This document shows positions 12,001 through 19,201 of a DNA stretch of 64,000 bases, piece by piece (position 1 is the first letter of the stretch; each line of letters opens with the position of its first letter). Source of the DNA: an uncultured bacterium (GTDB lineage: Bacteria > Cyanobacteriota > Vampirovibrionia > Gastranaerophilales > Gastranaerophilaceae); NCBI GenBank assembly GCA_902765215.1, contig CACWZA010000011.1, positions 10,897 to 74,896 of the forward strand, read 5' to 3'. A model generated the notes under the pieces. That model searched no databases. It was given only the letters and a program-made list of their open reading frames with translations, and had not been told where the DNA came from. A program made the translations under genes and the position numbers.

Positions 12001-12060
12001 ATTGGAGCAGAGATTAAATCCGGAGTTAATTCTCTTTCTCATAACTTTAAACTTCCTCAT
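1..12060 (-). CDS. Giant secreted Pmp-repeat / autotransporter-passenger-type adhesin, first 4,020 codons (3' end runs off the left edge of the window)
   Basis: The minus frame (plus-strand triplets starting at 3k+1) shows no tta/cta/tca in every 60-nt line I spot-checked between base 1 and the ATG at 12060 (alternative ATG at 12042). The track lists no long competing minus ORF here, consistent with an ORF lacking an in-window stop. The N-terminus MRKFKVMRKRINSG...LLGLCCLTIGTAVMA is a long signal region. The body is full of Pmp-type GGAI(Y)/FxxN motifs, e.g. ARGGAINLEKN, KGGALYVG, FSDNKSG, GGAIYAE. All plus-strand ORFs listed in 40-12085 are antisense artefacts. Confidence 0.85.
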   Translation of the reverse strand, partial: MRKFKVMRKRINSGFNLCSNNLCLALKAGGKSFGKILFGMLLGLCCLTIGTAVMAEEISYNADCLAMTSLNSSISGLMNDKKTNIFSYTEKLPQNSSKTIQKGVDAKNQPQSVRKSMTTDPKEAPTGFASELLAYASINEAITSSDADKTYELTTTETLSANLGTLGGTILEIIGDNYGVNGNSKNGVSIGAGKTLTINDVGLFTINRTGEDITSVTVTRAWSGMSSYFASMNSTNAVLNINNTAIANVTSIADNGFIQIQNGTLNISDSVFYSIRNNGSKNRVAIRLFGSGAKGYISNTVFSNGLGQRGSAFNTTEGAALKVTDSTFINSSATARGGAINLEKNSIVYIKDSVFRKNYSSDSTSNPNDNKGGGAIYVITYMTTDGVLFDSNNSASMGGAVRVWRFTGTPNEIGHVLFKNTQFVDNIAKGYGGAISVEGSEVTATIMDSVLTGNKTANKGGALYVGMDVNIIANIGNVEFSDNKSGVTLGGSVGSYTATGGTFNDVYIADSMTLNLNARTNRTISFGGSILSGSGATLNIGKTGMTYASAKEDISGYQTDTVNQVGGEFIFKNTVTVPNLNLYNTPYIRLRDMVQPDSTTSTGALNITTMTNDATGGLLDFANGSVSAPLTVNTLTLASDLNAIIDVDFSAGTADTINVTNWTSGTTYKILIENINVLNATNLGSTPKTITLANGTLKNYLGLTDSIIAATGGGYTYFVSYINGPTKGELTFTMANLSGALHLGVSRYDYLMSEDEIVSSSLGMQETTNFTVDGGGYAVRATSGASGVNVQSGQTLGIYNVGMDSTGTVTGDGWCDFVDGYAVGNEGTLDIRNVVFTNNGIAFAGGVSQNGATLYNASYIQNVKANFVNNYLDGVAEASGVGYGSAIYQTAAGKIYDVTGSFSGNYTASGEGAYGGAIYAEGAIGSITGTFSGNYAEAKDDTFSAYGGAGYFKDADIYNLSATFTGNYAYGSEGYGGALVIDEDSFVVLRDSSFTGNAAATAGGAIQSATKDLYIIASDSNVVFSGNKTGAITNNGDGSFSMAGAYTYNDISFGEQARLYLNAAEGRSIEFGGSVEGDPSDVATIYINESTNKVPHMNPDYTISTPEYITEVGGDYKFYGAVNNVNLYMYHGANVILGTKLQDDATTRTYGSLNLNMFSNDGNGGVISAQNDYIDTLSFGSAALGSDLTMKIDVDLTGAANPSENPAADMITATSIMGSHKFIIDDIKLITGRDLGTETVIIPVADSVTMYQVALPSEIVNFADTISTYFIRYVVDDINSVGNLLFTKASLAGAMHLGVDVLTYNLAFAENIDGPMGIMTTGDLTINGNGYSIDMNDNEGVTIASGKSLTVNSVGTAQFLDGSGNPTTDLSEVASVNVTNAWNSAYNDSTDGGAIYVSNGATLDIENSVFSGNYVDGKSGGAIYNDGGTITNITGVFSNNGKADADKGGAIYTGNDGVVNNISAVFVGNQSDEGGAIYAESGKVKITDSLFLGNYAATEGGAISGAADMYVSNTIFKNNRAASGAAVADVQRLTGYGVTYTGNYATSGNGGAIINTNAEEVYFNSIFTNNAAGGNGGAVYQSGIAAFVDPVFNNNTATLGGAIYNNAQKLYIIADSGDVTFRGNRAGTVTVSDSGVVNIEDARYNDIYSTADIYLNANQHGFDTRTIRFDGTIEGSGYKIYFDQTGDTVDVISSDLTRSTYSVSQHGGIYQFNNVVSGATLDLNNGSNIKLGTITQPDSTVTHGTLTLAGFTNDAEGGVLDTQNNYIGTTALGDVVLNSDVTIKIDVSLAGETPVGDYFTATSINDTTYKFILDNVVAISDSEDYADLFVNIADNVMKGHIGLSRKRINASGTTKNYLVTYSNETGNLAFRTLGADLYTAISNTDSDRSYVMTQEEELWCDLGNMGGVDSSLTIDGRDFDVNGYDDYVDEHYAGVTVLAGQTLTIYDMGNWKNMASTTAGGAIKNIGSLSVEDTNFINNTSDVSGGAIHNAGTAYVIAKTEDVVFSGNTANGEANDIYNSGTLYLQADADRTMTLGGGISDTGAGFTAGNLYFGGTYLDSEMMMHYYTGTVDVNGDVLQRNINVQTGKVIFTGNLVVTNNLVNDGELVINAAGGVTGTISGAGSVRFNPGVGNTFTVNVLNNSNVGFGTGTTRLTTAGTKNYSSTVMGGGAFNVQNSGVDTIDFGDLTLNDDMLLYLDADLANTVMDTIDASGTIESNDHKLLIRSIKALSDNSYGTAVQITSNPTLMGIIALSFPHLNVSGYSSGTYLVTYDNTTGYLTFNEGSSLYDAIHVNTASSRVYDVYGDENVAQTFGTMAGSNAELTIQGYGCSVNMQGNGGATLASGQTINVADVGTFRAYDSDGNQVTDFTNHIAEVDKVKIDESWNGTGTSALFVLNNGSALNISNSAFYNNLNGVNARTISNSGGTLDITNSVFMNNGGTSSDAVIYSDAEDSKTHIANSIFIGNHSTGQGGLFRNEYGTALIENSVFLGNYSTNQGGALKNRGYGNLTVRDSVFKGNISYNGSNQGNGGALIGSSNTTVINSLFSGNIAYNGGAITAEGRPFALVDSVVKDNFAKNSGGGLYMSSWVYVIAENADVLFTNNKSGATITGSAGNYKASGGTYNDVFISANSPIYLNAAEGRTIRFDGGITGTNTGSEVKIGFTSESYRVVKDDLSGYDLVSANQIGGTYLFNNTVSVGGLVLANNPYVKFGSVVQEDGTTTYGSLNLSSKVLLDNTAGAVLDFQNSHMDTNTLGTITAKSNINLKIDADMTALTADSFSATKFYGNYAGRFIVTDIDLQNRTELGTSGKLSINIADEALRQYFKVSDLLHYDALPGGADLYVGYDALAGDLIFAGADNFGLYFAVHDTTNNRVYSMSKNEDVYVDLGTMQGDNTTMTIDGNGYDINGYMHSGIVVQAGQTLNARNIGMTSEGEVVEGAKGINNFTTGWIFRNGGTLDIQNVLFSDNRMYVNTTPYLYGGLVSNYSPGFVKNITGKAINNRMGDWNGTFTSNGGALINNSGTIQNIEMDFINNYQKIQAQHGSVIRNDGGKIGNITASLFGNQTVFSQQSFGGAIYNISGTIGSITGEFRDNMVYSSWGTGLGAVLYTNGGNIYNISGLFENNYNFRTNGAAEGQGGAIRTWSGATYVRDAVFRNNIAAGNGGAIYAGGPVRIIADEGNVIFTGNKLATITRDDTTGEITISDNFTYNDLFMTNGGSVYLSAKEGRSVIFDGTIRSNNNNYLSLGEITSRTEYVINDDGTATSTAVPVENGGEYIFNNAVTGVQFRIYGQNVKLGSKLQENGEMSYGVLNANSLIVPSAGAMLDTRNNHVDAHNFGSVGLNSQAANRFAYDLNMALDVDLADAANPEADTFSGTMNYRYNNAMFVISDIGVVGDMTTPDPVSVSIVNENLKSYFKLTEDKIKIDGKKDGYKYYVTYNNEDGNLTFSLASIYAALDIDYYNLSYTMSEDETSDVDWGDMGDTIKVIDGAGYTVDADGHSGSNVAVGQTLTFKNVTLTNFDKMFNNAGTMLVENATVTGNTASTGSTLANSGTMTLKNVVISNNTATEGNTITNSGTMLLEDVTFTDNTNTAGGTLNNSGTTTIRAINKGIVFSGSVTGEDSIDIHNTGTLNLNTVEKKSISFYGKIVDNAETPTGKIDITGDGIVRFEQDIVQDKVTLNSGIISISNIANINALLDVNGGKFITNNDEIGVHTIDAINLNNDLKLGIDTDLSLRAIDRFNIGDLETNGNHLVLDSIAIFKEAREYVTQVVLTDDPELLSAFALSDNFQRNIMKAANVYNNYLVTYDPETGILTFTVDAPTNFGDGTIDKIHVSSANYLDDTEREPIELTDVQSEGAVSVKIGNEVLYFTPSDELRETLTNLVNACGLALMETTEDDNPVFSYGDKFYTYNKILLPFSGYTLTPQETAEGENVINKPVYNEETGELEDRYYALNLKATTYNHGENYKTYQVKAPYDEVTITARYGVDSDYDEVHKENVAEVELDNPSGHSTYDNALIVDNES

Positions 12061-12381
12061 AACATACTATTCAGTTTTACCGTAAGCTATGCTATACATA
12101 CTCCCTAAACATAGCACAGGCGTACCCCTTAGCCTCATAAGGGAACTTTTTCTTAATACACTATGTGTTCATATATATATAATATGTAGTCTTGAATCCC
12201 ACGTCTGACATTCACAAAAGACTAATTTATTTCAAACATAACTTATAATATTATTATAAGCCGTTCGTCGAAAGTTTTCAACAATATTAAGCATTTTTTT
12301 ACATTTTTAACAACAATTTTTATATCCCCCGAATACACGATATTTTGTTTCAAGAAAACATGTTAGTGGTACTATATTATT

Positions 12382-14265
12382 ATGGCTTTGAGTTACGAGG
12401 ACGTTATATCACAGATTAAGGATAGGTTAGACATCGTTGATGTAGTATCCCAAACCGTTGTTCTTAAAAAACGGGGCGCGAATTACTGGGGACTATGTCC
12501 GTTTCACGATGACAAAAAACCGTCTTTTTGTGTAAGCCCAACAAAAGGAATATACAAATGTTTTGCGTGCGGCGAAGGCGGTGATGCCCTGACTTTCCTG
12601 CTCAAAACCAGAAATCAGGATTTCAAAGAACTTATCGCTGAACTTGCTGAAAAATTCGGGATAGAAATGCCTAAGAATATGGGCTACAAATCTCAAAATA
12701 AGGAACTCAAAGACCAAATGAAAGAAGCCTGCAAAGAGGCAGCAAAATTCTATCAAAAACAACTGACACTTGATAAAGACAGCGCAAAAGCAACATCATA
12801 CCTGAAACAGCGAAGCATCGGCGACGATATAATAGAGTTGTTTACTCTCGGCTGGGCACCTAACTCTTACACAAAATTATATGACGCGCTTTGCGGCAAA
12901 TTCTCCGATGAAGTTCTGGAAAAAGCAGGACTTATATTGCAAAGTTCAAAAGGCGGCTGGATAGACAGATTCAGAAACCGTATCATTATCCCTATCCAAA
13001 ACGAAAACGGGGAATATGTTGCCTTTGGAGCACGCGCTGTAGACGAAGGTCAGAATCCTAAATATCTGAACTCGTCTGATTCACTGATTTATAACAAAAG
13101 AAAAATCCTGTTTGGTTTGTATACCGCACAAGATGCAATAAAAGAAGAAGATGCCGTTATTATTATGGAAGGTTACTTTGACGTAATATCAACTCAGGCA
13201 CACGGAATAAAAAATTGTGTTGCATCGTGCGGAACGGCCTTCACACAGGAACACGTAAGATTATTATCCCGCTACACAAAATCAAGAAGAATTTTCCTGT
13301 CATTTGACACTGATGCAGCAGGGGTTAACGCAACGACTAAAGGCGGCGAAACCATTAGAGAAGTATTTGCATCATTAGGAAACATTAAACAATTTGACGA
13401 AAGCCATGTATCAACCGGAAATGAAGATTATGCGTGCGAAATACGTGTTGTATCTCCGCCTGAAGGGAAAGACCCTGATGAATATGTCAGAGCCTACGGG
13501 GCAGAGGCACTCAAAAATCACATCAAGAACGCACCGTTATTGATTGATTTTGAGTTAAACAATGTCCTTAAAAAAGGACATGCCGCTAAAACTCCGCAGG
13601 AAAAATCAAAAATTGCAGAGGAAGTCATCCCTATTCTGTGCGAGATTCACAACAGAATTGTTCAGGGTGAATACATTAAAATGGTTGCAACAGCCCTCGA
13701 TATATCAGAGGACAGTCTGACACTCGAAGTAAAAAAACAATCTCAATTCACTGAGGACAATATGTTCGTACCGGTTACAACAGTAAAATCTAATGTAACA
13801 AAAACTTCACAAATCAATGAATTAGCGCAAAAAAATTTATTGAGCATTTATTTAGTAAGCGGAAATCAGATTACTTTACCTCAATTAAGTGAAATGATAC
13901 CGGTTAACATTTTTTCTAACGAAATGTTAATAATTGTAAAAAATACAATTGACAAAATTATAAATACAGTGAATAATGCTAGGGGTCTTCGCGAAAGATT
14001 ATTTACAGAATTCGTTGAAGATGCCGCGATTACGCGACTGTTAACCGAGTTAGTGTATATAGCAGATTCCTATAAAGGACTAACAACTGACGAGATTATA
14101 CAAGCAATCGACGATATGAAACTAAAAATTATAAGGTTAGCGAACGATAGGGAAACCAGGGAATTACAGAAGCGGTATAGTGCTGTGAATGACGACGATG
14201 CAAAATCGTTGGAATTACAGATGGCACTGAGGGACAAGTTAAAAGCAAATGGAGATTTAAGTTAA
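12382..14265 (+). CDS. dnaG: DNA primase
   Basis: 627 aa. CHC2 zinc finger [30 protein letters not shown], followed by a Toprim region ([10 protein letters not shown] ... SFDTDAAG). Confidence 0.95.
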   Translation: MALSYEDVISQIKDRLDIVDVVSQTVVLKKRGANYWGLCPFHDDKKPSFCVSPTKGIYKCFACGEGGDALTFLLKTRNQDFKELIAELAEKFGIEMPKNMGYKSQNKELKDQMKEACKEAAKFYQKQLTLDKDSAKATSYLKQRSIGDDIIELFTLGWAPNSYTKLYDALCGKFSDEVLEKAGLILQSSKGGWIDRFRNRIIIPIQNENGEYVAFGARAVDEGQNPKYLNSSDSLIYNKRKILFGLYTAQDAIKEEDAVIIMEGYFDVISTQAHGIKNCVASCGTAFTQEHVRLLSRYTKSRRIFLSFDTDAAGVNATTKGGETIREVFASLGNIKQFDESHVSTGNEDYACEIRVVSPPEGKDPDEYVRAYGAEALKNHIKNAPLLIDFELNNVLKKGHAAKTPQEKSKIAEEVIPILCEIHNRIVQGEYIKMVATALDISEDSLTLEVKKQSQFTEDNMFVPVTTVKSNVTKTSQINELAQKNLLSIYLVSGNQITLPQLSEMIPVNIFSNEMLIIVKNTIDKIINTVNNARGLRERLFTEFVEDAAITRLLTELVYIADSYKGLTTDEIIQAIDDMKLKIIRLANDRETRELQKRYSAVNDDDAKSLELQMALRDKLKANGDLS

Positions 14266-15332
14266 TGAATAAAAATGACCCAAATTCATCAATAGTAAGT
14301 GTAGCGGAAGATGAAAGACTTGATATAATTGATTTTGAAGAAGATAAAACCGATTACATCACGGAAAGTTTAGCATCAGATAGTATAGAGGATATTGTCG
14401 CATCAAATTCTATGCCTTCTATGAAGAGCAGCGAATATATGACAGAAGATTCTTCTCTGCTTACCCCTTCTTTGGATATGCCAAAAGGTGTTGCAGTTGA
14501 AGATCCTGTAAGATTATATTTAAGAGAAATCGGCCGTATCAAATTATTATCTACTGCAGAAGAAATTGAACTTGCACGCAAGATTATGGAAGGCGGCAAG
14601 TCAGGTGATAAAGCAAAAAGAAAATTAGTACAGGCAAACTTGCGTTTGGTTGTAAGTATCGCAAAGAAATATGTTGGTCGTGGTATGTTGTTCTTAGACC
14701 TTATTCAGGAAGGTAATTTAGGTCTTATCAGAGCAGCAGAAAAATTCGATCACGAAAGAGGATTCAAGTTCTCAACTTATGCAACATGGTGGATTAGACA
14801 GGCAATAACAAGAGCAATTGCCGATCAGGCAAGAACAATCCGTATTCCTGTTCACATGGTTGAAACTATTAACAAACTCAAAAAGGTTACAAGACGTTTA
14901 GCTCAAGAACGTTCAAGAAAACCGACCGAAGAAGAATTAGCAGCAGAAATGGGCGTTTCTATCTCTAAACTCAGAGATATCGTTAAAATCGCTCAGGAAC
15001 CACTTTCTTTAGAAACACCTATCGGTAAAGAAGAAGATTCAAGATTAGGCGATTTCATTCAGGACGATTCTGCTGATGCTCCTATCAAAACAGTTGCTTC
15101 AGAACTTCTTAAAGAAGATTTGGCAGAAGTTCTCTGCACACTTTCACCTCGTGAAAGAGATGTTTTGAGATTACGTTTCGGTATGGATGACGGTCGTCAA
15201 AGAACATTAGAAGAAGTTGGTCAATTGTTCGGTGTTACCCGTGAACGTATCAGACAGATTGAAGCAAAGGCTTTAAGAAAACTTCGTCACCCTAACAGAC
15301 GCAAAAAACTGGAAGAATATGTTGAAATCTAA
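14265..15332 (+). CDS. rpoD: Primary-type sigma-70 RNA polymerase sigma factor
   Basis: 355 aa. Regions 2-4 are canonical ([75 protein letters not shown]). The start overlaps the dnaG stop (TAATG), giving a dnaG-rpoD operon. Confidence 0.93.
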   Translation: MNKNDPNSSIVSVAEDERLDIIDFEEDKTDYITESLASDSIEDIVASNSMPSMKSSEYMTEDSSLLTPSLDMPKGVAVEDPVRLYLREIGRIKLLSTAEEIELARKIMEGGKSGDKAKRKLVQANLRLVVSIAKKYVGRGMLFLDLIQEGNLGLIRAAEKFDHERGFKFSTYATWWIRQAITRAIADQARTIRIPVHMVETINKLKKVTRRLAQERSRKPTEEELAAEMGVSISKLRDIVKIAQEPLSLETPIGKEEDSRLGDFIQDDSADAPIKTVASELLKEDLAEVLCTLSPRERDVLRLRFGMDDGRQRTLEEVGQLFGVTRERIRQIEAKALRKLRHPNRRKKLEEYVEI

Positions 15333-15350
15333 GACAAACATAAATTTAAC

Positions 15351-15386
15351 AAAAAAAGATGTGGATAATACCACATCTTTTTTTAT
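15351..15386. terminator. Bidirectional rho-independent terminator
   Basis: Stem agatgtgg / ccacatct (15357-15378) flanked by an A-run and a T-run. It lies between the rpoD stop and a convergent small ORF. Confidence 0.6.
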
Positions 15387-15399
15387 TTCTTTTTCCGGA

Positions 15400-15549
15400 C
15401 TAATTATCCGACTTTGCCATATCCGATATGTCCGTCAATATATCGATTATGTCCTTTTCAGAAAGCGGTTCAAGTTTCTCTTTCAAAGTTTTAATCAATA
15501 TATTTAGACTGTATTCCACTTTTTTCAACTTTTCTTCTGCTGTTTCCAT
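15400..15549 (-). CDS. Small hypothetical protein (49 aa; below the track's size cut-off)
   Basis: My own translation: METAEEKLKKVEYSLNILIKTLKEKLEPLSEKDIIDILTDISDMAKSDN. A good SD (agaggtg) lies 6 nt upstream of the ATG, and the ORF ends at the shared terminator. The overlapping plus ORF 15319-15507 looks spurious. Confidence 0.35.
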   Translation of the reverse strand: METAEEKLKKVEYSLNILIKTLKEKLEPLSEKDIIDILTDISDMAKSDN

Positions 15550-15714
15550 AATATGCACCTCTATTTTTAATTTTACATTATAATTTTGTTTTTGACAATT
15601 TTAAATCCATCGCACATTCTTAATATAAATTCACTATAACGCAATATCATTCACCATAAAATGTAATAATACATTTTATCAATATTTTTGTCAACATTAT
15701 TTTATAATAATTAA

Positions 15715-15924
15715 ATGGATGTAAAGAGCGAGATAAAGAGTATAATAGCAAAAAGAGCAAAGACTCTTAAAGAAGTGTGTTCCGAAATTGAACAAAAACA
15801 CGGGATATGCATTAAACCTAACAACATTTCCAATAAATTCAGACGCAAAACAATCAAATTTGACGAGATAGAAAAAATACTGGATATATTAGATTATCAT
15901 ATTGAATTTGTTCAGAATAAATAG
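15715..15924 (+). CDS. Small XRE-like HTH DNA-binding protein (69 aa)
   Basis: TLKEVCSEIEQKHGICIKPNNISNKFRRKTIKFDEIEKILDILDY resembles short Cro/CI-type regulators (HTH followed by NxSNKxxR). Motif-level call only. Confidence 0.5.
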   Translation: MDVKSEIKSIIAKRAKTLKEVCSEIEQKHGICIKPNNISNKFRRKTIKFDEIEKILDILDYHIEFVQNK

Positions 15925-16037
15925 GTTTTACAAAGAAAAAAACTTAATATTATTTACAATTATTGTATTTACCACTTGTAATATAAACATCTTTACGATA
16001 TTCTAGTATTACACTAGTTATAAAGGAAGGACTTATT

Positions 16038-16229
16038 ATGTCAAAACAATGTGAAATTTGTGGTAAGACTCCACTTAAAGCAGCAAAAAGAACTTTTTCA
16101 AATAAACAAATCGTACATAGACAAACTCCTAATTTACAAACAATTAGAGTTAACGCAAACGGTACTACAAAGAAGATGACTGTATGTACATCTTGTTTAA
16201 AAGCAGGAAAAGTACAAAAAGCTGTTTAG
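16038..16229 (+). CDS. rpmB: 50S ribosomal protein L28
   Basis: 63 aa. MSKQCEICGKTP...SNKQ...PNLQTIRV..NG..KKMTVCTSCLKAGKV matches the L28 pattern. SD aaggaagg lies upstream. Confidence 0.9.
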   Translation: MSKQCEICGKTPLKAAKRTFSNKQIVHRQTPNLQTIRVNANGTTKKMTVCTSCLKAGKVQKAV

Positions 16230-16252
16230 TAGCTTTGAGAAATATTTTTAGC

Positions 16253-16285
16253 AAAAGCCTTGTTATATTAACAAGGCTTTTTTCA
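16253..16285. terminator. Bidirectional rho-independent terminator
   Basis: aaagccttgtt-atat-taacaaggcttt followed by a T-run, between rpmB and the convergent GT8 gene. Confidence 0.6.
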
Positions 16286-17101
16286 TTACTCTATTTTTAT
16301 CCCGCTTGTTGCAGTCAATAACTGGGTTAATAAGTCCGCATACATAAACCAAAACTCGCCATGCTTAACCATACCCGACCATGGTTTATTAGTATAGTGA
16401 AGAATTATCGCATTCTCAAGCGCGTTTTCATATTCTTCTCTGCGGTTTGCATAAACTTCTTTGTTATCTTCTTCCATCGCCATAAGGTTAAACACCAAAG
16501 GCAAAGACAAAATTTTACCCCTGCATATATCGTTAATAACATCCTGATCGGTATAAAATTTACTCTCTCGTAATTTTGCAAAAATTTTTTCCTCTAAATT
16601 ATCCTCTCTGAAGCGTTTCAGGTTCATCAGCTGAACCCCGCCGTTTATGAATGTTTCACCATCTTTTAAATTTACCCTTTTACGCATTTTTGTTGAAAGT
16701 TTATCCTCAATAGCAGCCAAATAATAGTCTGACACATCGTAAGAATAGAGTTTCTTAATATCATCAAGCACTATTGTATCCGCATCAAGGTATAAAATCT
16801 TGTCATCATCAACAAGTGACGGCAATTTCAGTCTGTAAGAGGACGACACCCCAAGCCAGTCATGGATAGCGCCGTCAAATTCAGAATTATCCATTAAAAG
16901 AAACTTATAATCCGCTTTTTTAATCTCGTTAAGGGCTTTTACCATAGGTTCAAAATTGATATCCGTAGTATCACACATAATATAGAACTTAAAAGAATCG
17001 TCCTCCTCAGCATTAGCAAGTATGGAACATATTGTCACATAGACATATCTTAACCACGCCTCAGTAACTCCAAAAGCAACATTTATAGTTTCTTTCATCA
17101 A
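16286..17101 (-). CDS. Glycosyltransferase family 8 (LPS/glycan alpha-glycosyltransferase-like)
   Basis: 271 aa. Has the YLDADTIVLDDI (DxD) and NGGVQLMNL motifs typical of GT8. Confidence 0.75.
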   Translation of the reverse strand: MMKETINVAFGVTEAWLRYVYVTICSILANAEEDDSFKFYIMCDTTDINFEPMVKALNEIKKADYKFLLMDNSEFDGAIHDWLGVSSSYRLKLPSLVDDDKILYLDADTIVLDDIKKLYSYDVSDYYLAAIEDKLSTKMRKRVNLKDGETFINGGVQLMNLKRFREDNLEEKIFAKLRESKFYTDQDVINDICRGKILSLPLVFNLMAMEEDNKEVYANRREEYENALENAIILHYTNKPWSGMVKHGEFWFMYADLLTQLLTATSGIKIE

Positions 17102-17108
17102 AACTCCT

Positions 17109-17948
17109 TTACATAATCATCAAGATTTCACGGATAACCTTAGATGCAACCGCAGTTGAACACCCTGAGGTGTCGTAATCAGGAGCAAGCTCCACTACAT
17201 CTGCCCCGATTATATCAAAATCTTTTATGTATTCAAACCAGCCCATCAACTCATTGAAGGTCATACCGCCGCTTTCGGGAGTACCTGTTCCGCTCATTAC
17301 GGAAGGATCTAACACATCTAAATCAACCGTAACAAACACTTTCTTACCTTTTAATGAGTCTAAATCAGAATAATTTTTAGCAAGAGTATTATTTACTCTC
17401 ATAAACTCCCATTCTTCCTTCATGCCGGAGCGAATACCGACCTGTTTTATGTTCTTAGGGTTAACTAACTTGGTTGAAAGCCTTATAACAGCAGAATGAG
17501 ATAATTCTTCTCCAAGATATTCTTCTCTTAAATCGGTATGAGCATCAAAATGAATAATCGCCAAATCATCGCCATACACCTTAGAAACCGCTTCAATCTC
17601 AGGATATGTAACAAGATGCTCTCCGCCGATACCCAAAACTCTTTTACCGTCTTTATATATCTGCTCAACATTTTCTTTTATCATTTCAAGTGAGCCTTTT
17701 GTGTTACCGAGAGGAAACTCTAAATCACCTGCATCGTGGAAATTACAGTCAGCAAGTTCTTTATCAAAACGCGGAGAATATTCTTCCAGTCCCCAGCTTG
17801 CAAGTCTGATTTGCTCAGGTGCAAACCTTGAACCTGAACGATAAGAAACAGTACCGTCAAAAGGCAAACCCAACATAACTATATCTGATGAGTTATAATC
17901 AGGGTTTTGTCCCATCCAGTTCCTGTCTAAAAACGGACCTTTAAGCAT
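17109..17948 (-). CDS. speB: Agmatinase (ureohydrolase family)
   Basis: 279 aa. Mn-binding motifs GGEHLVT, HFDAHTDL, VDLDVLDPS and EL.P..D are present. Confidence 0.85.
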   Translation of the reverse strand: MLKGPFLDRNWMGQNPDYNSSDIVMLGLPFDGTVSYRSGSRFAPEQIRLASWGLEEYSPRFDKELADCNFHDAGDLEFPLGNTKGSLEMIKENVEQIYKDGKRVLGIGGEHLVTYPEIEAVSKVYGDDLAIIHFDAHTDLREEYLGEELSHSAVIRLSTKLVNPKNIKQVGIRSGMKEEWEFMRVNNTLAKNYSDLDSLKGKKVFVTVDLDVLDPSVMSGTGTPESGGMTFNELMGWFEYIKDFDIIGADVVELAPDYDTSGCSTAVASKVIREILMIM

Positions 17949-17959
17949 TTATCATTCTC

Positions 17960-18760
17960 CTAAATATTTTTAACTATTTCCAAGACCAATCGTTTAAAAT
18001 CGACTTTTGCCTTTTCAGCCGCTTCAAGTACTTCTTTATGAGAAAGCCCTATTGTACCTAACCCTGCAGCAGAGTTACAAATACAACTTATACCGAGGAC
18101 ATTCAGCCCCATCCAGTTAGCAACAATCGCTTCCGGTACAGTTGACATACCAACAGCATCAGCACCTAAAAGGCGGAGCATATTTACTTCTGCAGGAGTT
18201 TCATAAGAAGGCCCCGTAAGTGCAATATAAACCCCTCTTTCAACAGGGATAGTCAGCTTTTCGGCACAAGTATATGCTATTTTTCTTAAATCTTTTGAAT
18301 AAACTTCACTCATATCAGGGAAGCGTTCGCCGAGTGAATCGTCATTACGCCCGATTAAAGGGTTTGTTCCCATAAAGTTGATGTGATCTCTTATAATCAT
18401 CAATGATGACGGTTTAAAGAACGGATTAATACCGCCTGCCGCATTGGTCAGGATAATATTTTCCACTCCTAGTTTCTTCATAACTTTAACGGGGTAAGTA
18501 ACCGTTTCCATTGAATGACCTTCATAAAAATGGAAACGCCCCTGCATCATAACAACCCTTTTACCGTCTATTTCCGCAAAAACAAGGTTTCCGTTATGAC
18601 CTTTTACCGTTGATTCAGGAAAGTTCGGAATATCCTTATAGGCAATCTTTATGTCACAATATTCGTCTGCCAGTTCCCCCAGACCAGAACCTAATATAAT
18701 AGCTGTTTGAGGTTTAAAATCACCTATTTTTTCCTTTATATATTTGACCGTTTCATTCAT
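17960..18760 (-). CDS. punA: Purine nucleoside phosphorylase (PunA type)
   Basis: 266 aa. GSGLG, MQGRFHFYEGH, TNAAGG, GPSYETPAE and GADAVGMSTVPE motifs are present. Confidence 0.9.
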   Translation of the reverse strand: MNETVKYIKEKIGDFKPQTAIILGSGLGELADEYCDIKIAYKDIPNFPESTVKGHNGNLVFAEIDGKRVVMMQGRFHFYEGHSMETVTYPVKVMKKLGVENIILTNAAGGINPFFKPSSLMIIRDHINFMGTNPLIGRNDDSLGERFPDMSEVYSKDLRKIAYTCAEKLTIPVERGVYIALTGPSYETPAEVNMLRLLGADAVGMSTVPEAIVANWMGLNVLGISCICNSAAGLGTIGLSHKEVLEAAEKAKVDFKRLVLEIVKNI

Positions 18761-18792
18761 TATATATATTTACCCCTTTAATTTACGCATAA

Positions 18793-18828
18793 AAATAGGG
18801 CAGATTAACACATAACAGCCCTATTTTT
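18793..18828 (-). terminator. Rho-independent terminator downstream of 18842-19090
   Basis: aaatagggc ... gccctattt hairpin with flanking A/T runs. Confidence 0.5.
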
Positions 18829-18841
18829 AATAAACCTATAA

Positions 18842-19090
18842 TTACCCTACTAACTCGTTATCATCTGATTCAGATGCTTTTACCATGATAGCGTGTTCAA
18901 CAGGGTTTTCCTTCTTAAACTGTTTATCAGCACCGACAAATTCTTCAAAACCGAAATCTTCACGTGCTTTTTTAAGTTGAGTTTCGTCAACTAATTTTTT
19001 TGCTAATTCCGCAATTTCATAAACTAACTGATATCTGTTATCACAGTTGTCGTTTAATTCCCATGCGATTTTTACTATCTGATCCATCAT
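18842..19090 (-). CDS. Putative RNA polymerase omega subunit
   Basis: 82 aa. The NRYQLVYEIAELAKKL core and the later NPVEHAIMV segment resemble RpoZ (NRY..v...A.RAK ... kPv..Ai.E). Motif-level call only. Confidence 0.45.
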   Translation of the reverse strand: MMDQIVKIAWELNDNCDNRYQLVYEIAELAKKLVDETQLKKAREDFGFEEFVGADKQFKKENPVEHAIMVKASESDDNELVG

Positions 19091-19201
19091 AATATTTATT
19101 TCCTCACTGTTTTCGTTAATTCAATATTATAACAACATTTCTCATTTGTCCAGTATATATGGCAAACATATCTGCCACCTCAACTGTACACGCATTTAAC
19201 C

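Noticed and set aside
1-12085. There is no long ORF in the supplied track over 12 kb. This raised the possibility of non-coding DNA, a recoded genetic code, or many small plus-strand genes (40-567, 7823-8152, 8173-8607, 11807-12085 and others).
   Set aside because: One minus-strand frame is stop-free from 12060 to base 1 in every line I checked, and it encodes coherent Pmp/autotransporter repeats. The ORF caller evidently needs an in-window stop. Other genes in the window end normally with TAA, TAG or TGA, so no alternative code is needed. The short plus ORFs are antisense artefacts.
12165-12190. A short (TA)n run upstream of the giant adhesin gene as a phase-variation switch.
   Set aside because: There are only about 5 units. 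I could not place it convincingly between a -35 and a -10 element, and there is no evidence of length heterogeneity from a single sequence.
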